Positions 13,889-22,365 of a stretch of 24,000 nt of DNA are shown here, in pieces. Source of the DNA: Limisphaerales bacterium (GTDB lineage: Bacteria > Verrucomicrobiota > Verrucomicrobiia > Limisphaerales > UBA11358). Position 1 is the stretch's first letter, and each line of letters opens with the position of its first letter. The translations under genes and the position numbers were made by a program. The DNA lies in NCBI GenBank assembly GCA_031411455.1, contig JANOBC010000143.1:4714-28713 (forward strand), read 5' to 3'. The notes beneath the pieces were generated by a model. It had not been told where the DNA came from and did no database searches. It saw nothing but the letters and a program-made list of their open reading frames with translations.

Positions 13889-15148
13889 ATGGCAAACACC
13901 TATTCCGACCGCCGCGTGGTGATCACCGGCCTGGGCGTCGTCACCCCGGTGGGGAACGACCTCGATACCTTCTGGAAAAACCTCGTTTCCGGCCAGTGCG
14001 GAATTGATAGAATCTCGGCATTTGACCCGTCGCCCTACGATACTCAAATCGCCGGGGAAGTGAAAAACTTTGACCCGTCGCCCGCGTTTCCCTCGCCCAA
14101 AGATGTCCGCCGCGCCGACCGCTACTCGCAATTTGCCATCCATGCTGCTTGGCAGGCGTTGAAAGATTCCGGCATCGAACTCGACAAGGAAAACTGTGAT
14201 GAAATCGGCGTGTTCCTCGGCTCCGGCATCGGTGGCCTGACGACAACCAGCGATCAGTTGAAAATTTTGCACGAGCGCGGCCCCGGTCGCGTGTCGCCGT
14301 TCACCATTCCCATGCTCATCTCGAACATGGCATCGGGACTCGTCTCGATGTATTTCAACCTGCGCGGGCCAAACTTCGCGACCTGCTCCGCCTGCGCGAC
14401 TGCCAACCACGCCATCGGCGAGGCCTGGCGCACCATCAAGGCGGGCGATGCGCAGATCATGTTCGCGGGCGGCTCCGAATCGGCAGTCATCCCCATCGGC
14501 ATCGCCGGTTTCTGCGCGATGAAGGCCATGAGCACGCGCAACGACGATCCCAGGCACGCTTCGCGTCCGTTCGACAAAGACCGCGATGGCTTTGTCATGG
14601 GCGAAGGCGCAGGCGTTGTCTTGCTCGAAGAATTGGAACACGCCAAGAAGCGCGGCGCGCAGATTTATTGCGAAATTTCCGGCTACGGCAATACCGCCGA
14701 CGCGCATCATCTCACCGCGCCGTCACCCGGCGGCGAAGGCGCGGCGCGCTGCATGAAAATGGCGCTCCGCACCGGCGGCCTAAATCTTGAGGACGTGACT
14801 TACGTCAATGCCCACGGCACTTCCACGCCAGTCGGTGACGTCTGCGAAACGCAGGCCATCAAATCAGTTTTCGGCGGACACGCGAAGAAACTCGCCGTCA
14901 GTTCCACCAAGGGCGCGACCGGCCACATGCTCGGCGCGGCGGGTGCCGTGGAGATGACCGCGTGCGCGCTGGCCATCAAGCATGGCATCGTCCCGCCGAC
15001 CATCAATTACCAGACGCCCGATCCTGACTGCGACTTGGACTACGTCCCGAACACTGCGCGCGAAATGAAAGTGAACGCCATCGTGAACAACTCGTTCGGC
15101 TTCGGTGGCCACAACTCGACGATTACGGCGAAGAAGTTCAACGGGTAA
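13889..15148 (+). CDS. fabF: Beta-ketoacyl-[ACP] synthase II.
   Basis: 419 aa. RRVVITGLGVVTPVGN, the active-site region ATCSACATANHAIG, and the downstream VNAHGTSTPVGD and GHMLGAAG motifs. Confidence 0.96.
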   Translation: MANTYSDRRVVITGLGVVTPVGNDLDTFWKNLVSGQCGIDRISAFDPSPYDTQIAGEVKNFDPSPAFPSPKDVRRADRYSQFAIHAAWQALKDSGIELDKENCDEIGVFLGSGIGGLTTTSDQLKILHERGPGRVSPFTIPMLISNMASGLVSMYFNLRGPNFATCSACATANHAIGEAWRTIKAGDAQIMFAGGSESAVIPIGIAGFCAMKAMSTRNDDPRHASRPFDKDRDGFVMGEGAGVVLLEELEHAKKRGAQIYCEISGYGNTADAHHLTAPSPGGEGAARCMKMALRTGGLNLEDVTYVNAHGTSTPVGDVCETQAIKSVFGGHAKKLAVSSTKGATGHMLGAAGAVEMTACALAIKHGIVPPTINYQTPDPDCDLDYVPNTAREMKVNAIVNNSFGFGGHNSTITAKKFNG

Positions 15149-15155
15149 ACAAACC

Positions 15156-15680
15156 GTGAATGCACGCCTGACAAACCTTGACCGTTTGATTGGGCGCACG
15201 CTGATTCAATTTGAGAACTGGCTAATTACTTCAGATTGGCGCGGCAGAGAAAATGAGTGCGTGAATCTTTTCGCACACGGTTTTCTTTTCAATGAAATTG
15301 GCGTTGGCAAACCCGTCGAAGATTTTACCCAAGTCGGAATTGAAGTAAGCGTTCCACAGCCGAAGGGAATTGGAACCAAGGCTGCTGCGAGAAAAGATCT
15401 GGTAATCTGGAACGAGGCGCGCAAGACGGCTTTCAACGCCGATTGGATTCCCGTCCACTTTCCGGTTGCAATTATTGAATGGAAAGCTAGGCGCAAGCCA
15501 AAGCGATCAGCATATTTGGATTCGCACGATGTTCGATGGCTTGCTCAAATGTCGCGACAAAACCCAAATTTTCTTGGTTACACTGTGACAGTTGATTTTA
15601 CAAATCTTACCCGGCGTCTTTTTACCGCCCGTTTGTTTGGTGGAGAGCAGACGGATGATTTTCACCAGACTAACAAATGA
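15156..15680 (+). CDS. PD-(D/E)XK nuclease-fold protein (HsdR_N-like stand-alone domain), encoded in a low-GC insert.
   Basis: The ORF is open from GTG 15156, 8 nt after the fabF TAA. There is no in-frame ATG until late in the ORF. The motif order is E(NECVNLF) ... RKDLVIW ... VAIIEWK, i.e. E / D / ExK. GC is about 40-45%. Its stop TGA (15678-15680) overlaps the next gene's ATG (15677-15679). Confidence 0.65.
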   Translation: MNARLTNLDRLIGRTLIQFENWLITSDWRGRENECVNLFAHGFLFNEIGVGKPVEDFTQVGIEVSVPQPKGIGTKAAARKDLVIWNEARKTAFNADWIPVHFPVAIIEWKARRKPKRSAYLDSHDVRWLAQMSRQNPNFLGYTVTVDFTNLTRRLFTARLFGGEQTDDFHQTNK

Positions 15681-17005
15681 ACTTTCTCCCCCTCATCGAA
15701 TCCAAGCGCGAAGGAAAAATTCTCGCGCCGACGCAGATTCAAGAATTCATCCGCGAGTTCACCGCCGGAAAAATTCCCGACTATCAGATGGCCGCGATGC
15801 TCATGGCCATCTACTTTCGCGGCCTTGATACGAATGAGACCACCGCGCTCACGCTCGCCATGCGCGACTCCGGCGACGTGCTGAAATTTCCCAAGGACAA
15901 ACGCCCGCTCGTGGACAAACATTCCACCGGCGGCATCGGCGACAAGGTTTCGCTCCCGCTCGCGCCGCTGCTCGCGTGCCTCGGCTTCCGCGTGCCGATG
16001 ATTTCCGGTCGCGGCCTCGGCATCACCGGCGGCACGCTCGACAAGCTGGATTCCATTCCCGGTTTCAAAACACTTTTGCCTGCCACGCAAATCATCAAGC
16101 AGGTGCAGAAAGTTGGCTGCGTCATCTGCGGCCAGACGGACACGATGGTTCCCGCCGATAAAAAAATCTACGCGCTGCGCGACGCCAGCGGAACCGTGCC
16201 GAGCATCCAGCTCATCACCGCTTCCATTCTCTCCAAAAAATTAGCTGAAAGTCTGGATGCGCTCATCCTCGACGTAAAATTTGGCTGCGCCGCCTTCATG
16301 CAAACGAAGGACGATGCGCGCAAATTGGCGAAGGCGATGGTCGCACTCGGCAACCAATGCGGCACGAACACGCGCGCGATTTTGACGGACATGAACACGC
16401 CGCTCGGTCGCGCCGCCGGCAACTGGCTGGAGGTGAAGGAGAGCGTGCTTTGTCTGGAAAAAGCGGACAGCGGACAGCGGACAGCGGAAACATCCGACTT
16501 GCGCTCACTCGTCATTGATTCCGCCGCGCATCTGCTGGTGCAAATGCGCAAGGCGAAATCACTCGCTGCCGGTCGCAAGGTGGCGCAGGACTGTTTGAAC
16601 TCCGGCGAACCGCGTGCGAAGTGGGATGAGATGATCGTCGCCCAAGGCGCAGATTTGAAAGCATTCAATCGCAAACTCGCGTTGGATTCCACGGCGAAAG
16701 TTGTTATCGAAGTGAAATCAGGAAAATCCGGCTACATTTCCAAGTGCGATGCGCGCATCATCGGCGAAGTCATCCGCGACATTGGTGGCGGACGGCTTAC
16801 GAAGGAATCAGTCATCAACTACGACGTCGGTGTGGATGGCATCGCGAAGCCCGGCGAGCGCGTGGAAAAATCCGGCAGATTGTGCCGCATTCACGCGGCC
16901 GATTCAGCGGCGGCGAAGGCGGCAGCCGCGCGATTGAGGACGGCGTTTGAAATTTCTCCAAAGCGCGTGAAACCCTCTGCCCTCGTCCTGGAAATCATCG
17001 AATAA
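15677..17005 (+). CDS. deoA: Thymidine/pyrimidine-nucleoside phosphorylase.
   Basis: 442 aa. It aligns along its full length by eye to E. coli DeoA: MAAMLMAIYFRGL, LAMRDSGDVL, DKHSTGGIGDKVSL. Confidence 0.92.
   Translation: MNFLPLIESKREGKILAPTQIQEFIREFTAGKIPDYQMAAMLMAIYFRGLDTNETTALTLAMRDSGDVLKFPKDKRPLVDKHSTGGIGDKVSLPLAPLLACLGFRVPMISGRGLGITGGTLDKLDSIPGFKTLLPATQIIKQVQKVGCVICGQTDTMVPADKKIYALRDASGTVPSIQLITASILSKKLAESLDALILDVKFGCAAFMQTKDDARKLAKAMVALGNQCGTNTRAILTDMNTPLGRAAGNWLEVKESVLCLEKADSGQRTAETSDLRSLVIDSAAHLLVQMRKAKSLAAGRKVAQDCLNSGEPRAKWDEMIVAQGADLKAFNRKLALDSTAKVVIEVKSGKSGYISKCDARIIGEVIRDIGGGRLTKESVINYDVGVDGIAKPGERVEKSGRLCRIHAADSAAAKAAAARLRTAFEISPKRVKPSALVLEIIE
16463..16490 (+). repeat. Heptanucleotide tandem repeat gcggaca x3 plus gcggaaa, inside deoA.
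   Basis: gcggacagcggacagcggacagcggaaa encodes ADSGQRTAE. This is a loop insertion relative to E. coli DeoA. Confidence 0.9.
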
Positions 17006-17074
17006 TTCTTTGTGGCCACCGACGTTAGTCGGCGCACTTTTGAATAGCGCGGATCAACATCCACGGCTACACGG

Positions 17075-17368
17075 TCAAGCAATCTTCTCCCAAGTTTTTA
17101 TTTCCGGCATACCCACGGCCAGTTCGTCCATGCGCGGCAGCAGCCCTTGGATATGCGGTGATTGCAAGTGCAAATCTAGGGCGGCCCGGCTCGTCCAATT
17201 TTCGTAAAAGAGAAATTTGCCCGGCTCTTCCGGCGAGACGTGCAAATCGTAATTGATGCAGCCCAACTCTTGGCGCGTGGGGGCGACGAGGCTGAAGAGC
17301 GCTTTCTGCAATTCCGCTTCCTGACCACGCTTGGCCTGAAAGGTGGCGACGACGGTGATAGTCTTCAT
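17075..17368 (-). CDS. ABM-domain (antibiotic biosynthesis monooxygenase / YgiN-like quinol monooxygenase) protein.
   Basis: MKTITVVATFQAKRGQEAELQKAL...FLFYENWTSRAALDLHLQSPH. ATG 17368 is preferred over 17422, which lies inside the upstream terminator palindrome. Confidence 0.8.
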   Translation of the reverse strand: MKTITVVATFQAKRGQEAELQKALFSLVAPTRQELGCINYDLHVSPEEPGKFLFYENWTSRAALDLHLQSPHIQGLLPRMDELAVGMPEIKTWEKIA

Positions 17369-17400
17369 GGTTTTAATTCTTACAGCGCTCGGTGGGTTTG

Positions 17401-17435
17401 AAAATAAAAAACGCGCCGACATATATGTCGGCGCG
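17401..17435 (-). terminator. Intrinsic terminator after the tatA-tatC-lipoprotein operon.
   Basis: Perfect 24-nt palindrome cgcgccgacatatatgtcggcgcg (17412-17435), followed on the minus strand by ttttttatttt (17411-17401). Confidence 0.85.
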
Positions 17436-17452
17436 CTAGGGACAGACTTTAT

Positions 17453-17887
17453 TCAGTTTTCGAACACCTTGAAACGGCTGCCGGGAACGAACGGCGCGAT
17501 GTCGCCGCCGCTGAAGCCAGTGTAGGTGTCCGTGTCGAAAAGCGGGTCAGAAATCAGACCGGGGCGGTAGCTTTCCGGGAACGACGGCTTGGCCGGAATG
17601 TAGCTGGTCAGCACCGGGCGATATGGCGGGAAAGGAAAGGTCAGGACTTCGTAAGCACCCACGCCCATGCGGGTGAGAGACTTGTGGAATCCACTGTAGC
17701 CACCGTAGGCGTAGCCCGCTTCAGGCGTATCCAACACAGCCCCCAATTCAATGGAGCGGCGCATTTCACCCCAGCGGACGACTTCAAAGGTATTGTTTAT
17801 GCCACGGCCGAGCTTGCGTTCCGGGCCGCAACCGGTGACGGCGAGGGCGGCGGCAACCACGACGAGGGAGAAAATCAATTTGCGCAT
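17453..17887 (-). CDS. Small lipoprotein, TIGR04073-like (exosortase-system-associated family).
   Basis: Lipobox LAVTGC. RKLGRGINN...GVGAYEVLTFPFPPY matches my recollection of the KLGRG...G.YE..TFP.P family pattern. The family call is from memory only. Confidence 0.55.
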   Translation of the reverse strand: MRKLIFSLVVVAAALAVTGCGPERKLGRGINNTFEVVRWGEMRRSIELGAVLDTPEAGYAYGGYSGFHKSLTRMGVGAYEVLTFPFPPYRPVLTSYIPAKPSFPESYRPGLISDPLFDTDTYTGFSGGDIAPFVPGSRFKVFEN

Positions 17888-17945
17888 ACGGTTTTAAGAT
17901 TGGTGGCCTGAATTTACGCCGAATCTCCGGCTTGTAAAGCGTGTT

Positions 17946-19037
17946 TTAATTTCCGTGCAAATACGGCTGCAGCTTCGGCCAGCCATAAACCCAGCCCGCC
18001 CAGATTAATCCCACCGCCGCCGCCAGCAACAGCAGCGCGACCAGCACCTTTCGCCGCGCCTTGGCCTTATCCGGCTGATCCCAATACCACGCAATCCACA
18101 CGCTGACTTCGTAAAGAAATTGCAGCGGGATGAACATTAAGATTTGCGTGAGGATTTCCGGCGTGGTCAGCACCGCGCCTAGGCACATATTGATGATGAC
18201 CATGTAACGCCGCGCCTTGGCGAGCATGGCATAATTCAGCACGCCGATTTTCACTAGCACCAGAATCAGCACCGGCAATTCGAAGCCCAGCCCCATGCCG
18301 AGCATGAATTTGCAGACGAAGCTGATGTATTCCTCCGCGCGCCATTGTGACGCGCCGAGGCCGAGCCAGTTGGAATACATTTGCGACGCCGATAGCGCCA
18401 CGGGCATCAGTGCAAAATAACAAAACGCCACGCCGGCGAAGAAAAGCCCCAGACCGATGAACAGCCCGCGCAAAACATATTTCTGCTCGTGCATCCGCAG
18501 CGCCGGAAAAATAAATGACGCGATAAAATAAATCAGCAGCGGCGCGGACAGCACCAGCCCGCCGTAGAATGCCACTTGCACGGCGACGATGAATCCGCCC
18601 GCCGGGCCGAGGTTGATCAGCTCCACCTGCATCTGCTGCGCCGAGTCCGCCACGCCCGTGGCGGTGTCAACGTGCCAGCTGAGCACTTGATTTGTGCCAA
18701 CCGTGAGCGGTTCGACTTGGACGGCGACGAAGCGGTTCGTGCCGAGGTTGAGGGATTTTTCCTGCTCCCGTGAAAGAGTATAATGACCGAGGCGATTCGC
18801 GCCGAAGCTGACGGTGACGACTTGGTTAGTTCCCGGAAAGCTGACCGTGGCGCGGTGCAACGGCCATTCCAGCACCGCCATGACATAGTTCGCGGCGCAC
18901 AGGCAGACAAGCATGGCCAGGCCGAGCGAGACGCTGATCTTGACGAGCAGCCAGCGAAAATCTTCAAGGTGCTCGAGAAAAGATTTTACCGGCCCGCCGC
19001 CGTCGTCGTCCGGCGGTTCTGAAGAAAAATCGGCCAT
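17946..19037 (-). CDS. tatC: Sec-independent protein translocase TatC, enlarged variant.
   Basis: FLEHLEDFRW..., SAPLLIYFIASFIFPAL, LTTPEILTQILMFIPL. At 363 aa it is well above the ~250 aa typical of TatC. It has an insertion of about 65-70 aa after TM1 and an extra C-terminal hydrophobic segment. Confidence 0.9.
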   Translation of the reverse strand: MADFSSEPPDDDGGGPVKSFLEHLEDFRWLLVKISVSLGLAMLVCLCAANYVMAVLEWPLHRATVSFPGTNQVVTVSFGANRLGHYTLSREQEKSLNLGTNRFVAVQVEPLTVGTNQVLSWHVDTATGVADSAQQMQVELINLGPAGGFIVAVQVAFYGGLVLSAPLLIYFIASFIFPALRMHEQKYVLRGLFIGLGLFFAGVAFCYFALMPVALSASQMYSNWLGLGASQWRAEEYISFVCKFMLGMGLGFELPVLILVLVKIGVLNYAMLAKARRYMVIINMCLGAVLTTPEILTQILMFIPLQFLYEVSVWIAWYWDQPDKAKARRKVLVALLLLAAAVGLIWAGWVYGWPKLQPYLHGN

Positions 19038-19064
19038 GAAAAACTGCGATGGAAAAACCGGCCG

Positions 19065-19331
19065 TCAAACCACCTTCGTTTCGGGCGGGCCGGACTGAGC
19101 GGTCGTGTTGGCAGGCGGAATCTTGGGAGCGGGCGGCGGGGTGATGGTCGGCGTGTCGGCGTTCTGGATTTCGTCCGTCACTTCGCGCGTAGCTTTCTTG
19201 AATTCATTGATGCCTTTGCCGAGGCCTTTGGCGAGTTCCGGAATCTTTTTGGCACCGAACATGATGAGGACAAGAATCAGAATCAAAATGATCTGACCGC
19301 CGCCGGGAGCCCATGCAAAAATGGTATTCAT
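19065..19331 (-). CDS. tatA: Twin-arginine translocase subunit TatA/E.
   Basis: 88 aa: [34 protein letters not shown], i.e. a TM helix, the FG hinge and an amphipathic helix. Confidence 0.92.
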   Translation of the reverse strand: MNTIFAWAPGGGQIILILILVLIMFGAKKIPELAKGLGKGINEFKKATREVTDEIQNADTPTITPPPAPKIPPANTTAQSGPPETKVV

Positions 19332-19425
19332 AAAATTATCGAACGTGCCGCGAGCCTACGCCCACTTGGTTGAATAGTAAAGACGCAAAACCCTGACCGC
19401 TGGTTTCAATTTGAAAAATCCCGCC

Positions 19426-20760
19426 TCACGCCAGCCCTTTCACCGCCCAGCCCGGCCGATAGTCGCGGCGGAGAAACGCATTTGCGGCGCGCTGCTTGAA
19501 TTTCATCTTCCGCGCGTTCCACTCCAGCGTGGTGTGCGGGAAACGCGCGGCGATGTTGCCCAGCAGAATCGCCTCCGTGAGCGGTCCGGCATAGGCGAAG
19601 TCGGCGGTGGTTTTGCCTTCGCCGCGACAGGCGTCCACGAATTGCCCCCAGTGATTCACGCCTTTGACCGCCGGAAATTTGAAATCCTTGAACTGCGCCA
19701 CCGGATGCAGCGACGGCATTTCAAAATGCGGCAGCACCATCACGCCGCGTGTGCCGATGAAAATGGAGCCGCTGTTCGGCACGTCCGCGCCTTCGAGCAA
19801 GGCGATGATTTCGGAGGGCAATTTAGCTTCGCCATCATACCAGGTGACGGGCAACGTTTTTTCCGCCGTGCGTTTCGTGCCCGCGAACTGGTAAAAAACA
19901 TTTCCGTTGAGCGACCAGTTCGTCTTGCCCGGCGGCGGCCCTTCGGAACGAATGGAAACAGGCGCGGTCAATCCAATCGCCCCGAACACGGGATCGAAAA
20001 TGTGACAGCCCATGTCGCCAAGCGTGCCGGTGCCGAAGTCCAGCCGCTTGCGCCAGTTCTCGGGATGATAATAGCCATCGCCGATGAAGGGTCGCGCCGC
20101 GCACACACCCAGCCAAAGGTTCCAGTCGAAGTCGGCGGGCGCGACATCGCTGCGCGCAGGCAGTTCGCTCAAGTCACCCCAGGATTTCGGACACCACGAG
20201 TGAACTTCCTTGATCTGGCCGATGACGTCGTCCTGAACCAGCCGCACGCCCATCCGATAATAAGCGGAGGAGTGAATTTGAATACCCATCTGCGTGACGA
20301 CTTTTTTCTGCTGCGCGATTTCCGTCATGCGCCGCACTTCAAAAATTTCATGCGCCAGCGGCTTCTGGCCATAGACATGTTTGCCGAGCTGCAGCGCGCT
20401 CACGCCGATGGGCGCGTGCATATGGTCGGGCGTGGAGACGTTCACCGAGTCAATGTTCTTTGCCTCCTTGTCCAGCAGCTCGCGCCAGTCCTGATAAATT
20501 TTTGCGTTCGGGAATTGTTTCCGCGCCGCCGCCGTGCGGCTCAAATCCACATCGCACACCGCGACGATCTCCACGCCGGGACATTTGGCAATGTTTGTGA
20601 GGTCGGCCCACGCCATGCCGCCCGCGCCAAAGCTGGCGTGGCGCAACGTGCGGCCGGGCGGGGCGGCGAGCAAATCGCTCGTGACGAACGGCGCGGCGAT
20701 GGCCGCCGTGCCGAGTGTTTTCAAAAACGCGCGGCGGGTTTGGCGAGGTAATTTATTCAT
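19426..20760 (-). CDS. Gfo/Idh/MocA-family oxidoreductase with a twin-arginine signal peptide.
   Basis: MNKLPRQTRRAFLKTLGTAAIAAP is a Tat motif. It is followed by an N-terminal Rossmann region and Gfo/Idh/MocA-like core. ATG 20760 is preferred over 20802, which would overlap the upstream gene. Confidence 0.85.
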   Translation of the reverse strand: MNKLPRQTRRAFLKTLGTAAIAAPFVTSDLLAAPPGRTLRHASFGAGGMAWADLTNIAKCPGVEIVAVCDVDLSRTAAARKQFPNAKIYQDWRELLDKEAKNIDSVNVSTPDHMHAPIGVSALQLGKHVYGQKPLAHEIFEVRRMTEIAQQKKVVTQMGIQIHSSAYYRMGVRLVQDDVIGQIKEVHSWCPKSWGDLSELPARSDVAPADFDWNLWLGVCAARPFIGDGYYHPENWRKRLDFGTGTLGDMGCHIFDPVFGAIGLTAPVSIRSEGPPPGKTNWSLNGNVFYQFAGTKRTAEKTLPVTWYDGEAKLPSEIIALLEGADVPNSGSIFIGTRGVMVLPHFEMPSLHPVAQFKDFKFPAVKGVNHWGQFVDACRGEGKTTADFAYAGPLTEAILLGNIAARFPHTTLEWNARKMKFKQRAANAFLRRDYRPGWAVKGLA

Positions 20761-20776
20761 GGTGCGCAAAGAATTT

Positions 20777-21496
20777 TCAGTCGAGCGATTTGATAAACAC
20801 ATTTCGGAACATCACCGCGTCATTATGGCCGGCAAAACCAAAATGGCCGCTGGCGCGATCCTTGCCGGGATGCGAATGGTTCGCCAAAAATTCCGTGACG
20901 CGGCTCAAGTCCGCATCGAGAATCACCGTGCCGTTCAGCTCCACTTTGATCGTCGAACCGCGCACCGTGACCTCCTCAAAATTCCATTCGCCGATGGGAC
21001 GTTGAAACCCGCGCTTCGCCGCGACCATGCCGTAGGCCGAACCGTGCACCTGACGCGGATCAATTTTTTTACCCGTCGTTTTTTCAAAATGTTCGTCCAG
21101 CACCTGACATTCGCACATACCGACGTAAGCCGTGTCGCCCATGCCGGGATAACGAATCGCCAGCCCGTTGTTCCCGCCCGGCGGCAGCTTAAATTCCAGA
21201 CGCACGATGAAATTAGTGAATTCTCGCTGCGTAAAAATTGTGCCGCCCTTGCCCGGCAAGCAGACGATAGCGCCGTTTGTCACCGCGTAATTTTCCACCG
21301 GCCCAGCCCAGCCGGAAAAATTTTTCCCGTTGAAGACTGAAATAAAACCTGCCGGCGGATTTTTTCCAGAACGACAACCCAGCGGCGTGTGGCATCCGAA
21401 GCTGGCGGCCACGAGCGCAACCAAGCAAACAGCGAGGATGAGTGCCAGCTTCCGGCCAGTGGTGGGCGGTGGACATGATGGCGGTTCAAAATTCAT
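20777..21496 (-). CDS. DUF1080 (3-keto-disaccharide hydrolase-like, PF06439) lipoprotein or secreted protein.
   Basis: Signal sequence with the Cys in ASFGC. FNGKNFSGW..., IVRLEFKLPPGGNNGLAIRY, GHFGFAGHNDAVMFRNVFIK. The stop lies 16 nt upstream of the Gfo/Idh/MocA start. Confidence 0.8.
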   Translation of the reverse strand: MNFEPPSCPPPTTGRKLALILAVCLVALVAASFGCHTPLGCRSGKNPPAGFISVFNGKNFSGWAGPVENYAVTNGAIVCLPGKGGTIFTQREFTNFIVRLEFKLPPGGNNGLAIRYPGMGDTAYVGMCECQVLDEHFEKTTGKKIDPRQVHGSAYGMVAAKRGFQRPIGEWNFEEVTVRGSTIKVELNGTVILDADLSRVTEFLANHSHPGKDRASGHFGFAGHNDAVMFRNVFIKSLD

Positions 21497-21659
21497 GCGC
21501 GGTAAAGATGAGTCAAACTAGCGTCCACCCCGACGACGGTAAATGAAAAATTGGTTAAAGTCCGCAGTGTGGGGGCGGGGTGGAGTCAAACCGCACCCTT
21601 GGCCCGGTGATTCGTTTTTTACCTTCGCCCGATTGCGAATTTTGGACACAATCATTTGC

Positions 21660-22289
21660 ATGAGCACGCTTGTTTGTTTTGCGTTGAAGGAAGAGGCCGC
21701 GCCGTTTCGGAAAATCGCGGCGGGCAAACCTAGCGTCGCCATTCTCATCGTCGGCATTGGCCGGGCGAACGCGGAGAAATCCATCCGCGACTTTCTCGCC
21801 AGTGATTCTCCCAGCCAAGTGCTGACGTGCGGTTTCGCGGGCGGGCTGAATCCGGATTTGAAACTGGGTGAAGTGGTGTTTGAAACGACGCAGGAAAGCC
21901 TCCGCGCCAAACTGCTCACCGCCCAAGCCAAGCCCGCCGCCATTTTCTGCGCCGACCGCATCGCGACGACGGTGGCGGAAAAGAAAAAATTACGCGCCGA
22001 AACCAGTGCGGATGTGGTGGAGATGGAATCAGCGGCCATCCAAACCGTCTGCCGGGAACGTGGGATTCCGTGCGCCACGGTGCGCGTGATTTCCGACACG
22101 GCAGGCGAAGATTTGCCGCTGGATTTCAATGCGCTTTCCAAGCCGGATAAGAATCTGGATTTCGGGAAACTGTTTCTCGCCATCGCCAAGTCGCCGGGAA
22201 AAATCGGCGCGCTCATGGCCTTGCAAAAGAAAACCAGTTTCGCCGCGCGGCAACTGGCGGCGGTTTTGGAGCGCGTGGTTCTTGGTTAA
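21660..22289 (+). CDS. PNP_UDP_1-family nucleoside phosphorylase/nucleosidase-like protein (MTA/SAH nucleosidase- or futalosine hydrolase-like).
   Basis: MSTLVCFALKEEAAPF, VGIGRANAE, CGFAGGL, VVEMESAAI, VRVISD. ATG 21660 is preferred over 21543. The specific function is not resolvable by eye. Confidence 0.65.
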   Translation: MSTLVCFALKEEAAPFRKIAAGKPSVAILIVGIGRANAEKSIRDFLASDSPSQVLTCGFAGGLNPDLKLGEVVFETTQESLRAKLLTAQAKPAAIFCADRIATTVAEKKKLRAETSADVVEMESAAIQTVCRERGIPCATVRVISDTAGEDLPLDFNALSKPDKNLDFGKLFLAIAKSPGKIGALMALQKKTSFAARQLAAVLERVVLG

Positions 22290-22365
22290 GCGGAGCGGAT
22301 AGCATCCCCCAAAAGAGTTTGGAAATGGGTTTGCCACGCGGTGCGAACTTCCTCAAATTTGGCGG

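Noticed and set aside
13601-14710. 369-aa minus-strand ORF antisense to acpP/fabF.
   Set aside because: The plus strand encodes unmistakable AcpP and FabF. The antisense translation is Arg/Ala/Gly-rich with no motifs.
17006-17074. Terminator between the convergent deoA and ABM genes.
   Set aside because: Only a 5-bp stem (ccgac gtta gtcgg, 17019-17032) with mismatched extensions and a 4-T run. This is too weak to call.
19411-20751. 446-aa plus-strand ORF almost exactly antisense to the Gfo/Idh/MocA gene.
   Set aside because: It is Arg/Ala/Gly-rich and low-complexity, typical of a shadow ORF in high-GC DNA. The minus-strand frame carries the Tat signal and recognisable oxidoreductase features.
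21518-22216. 232-aa minus-strand ORF antisense to the PNP_UDP-family gene.
   Set aside because: The plus-strand frame has the family motifs (VGIGRANAE, VEMESAAI). The antisense frame has none.
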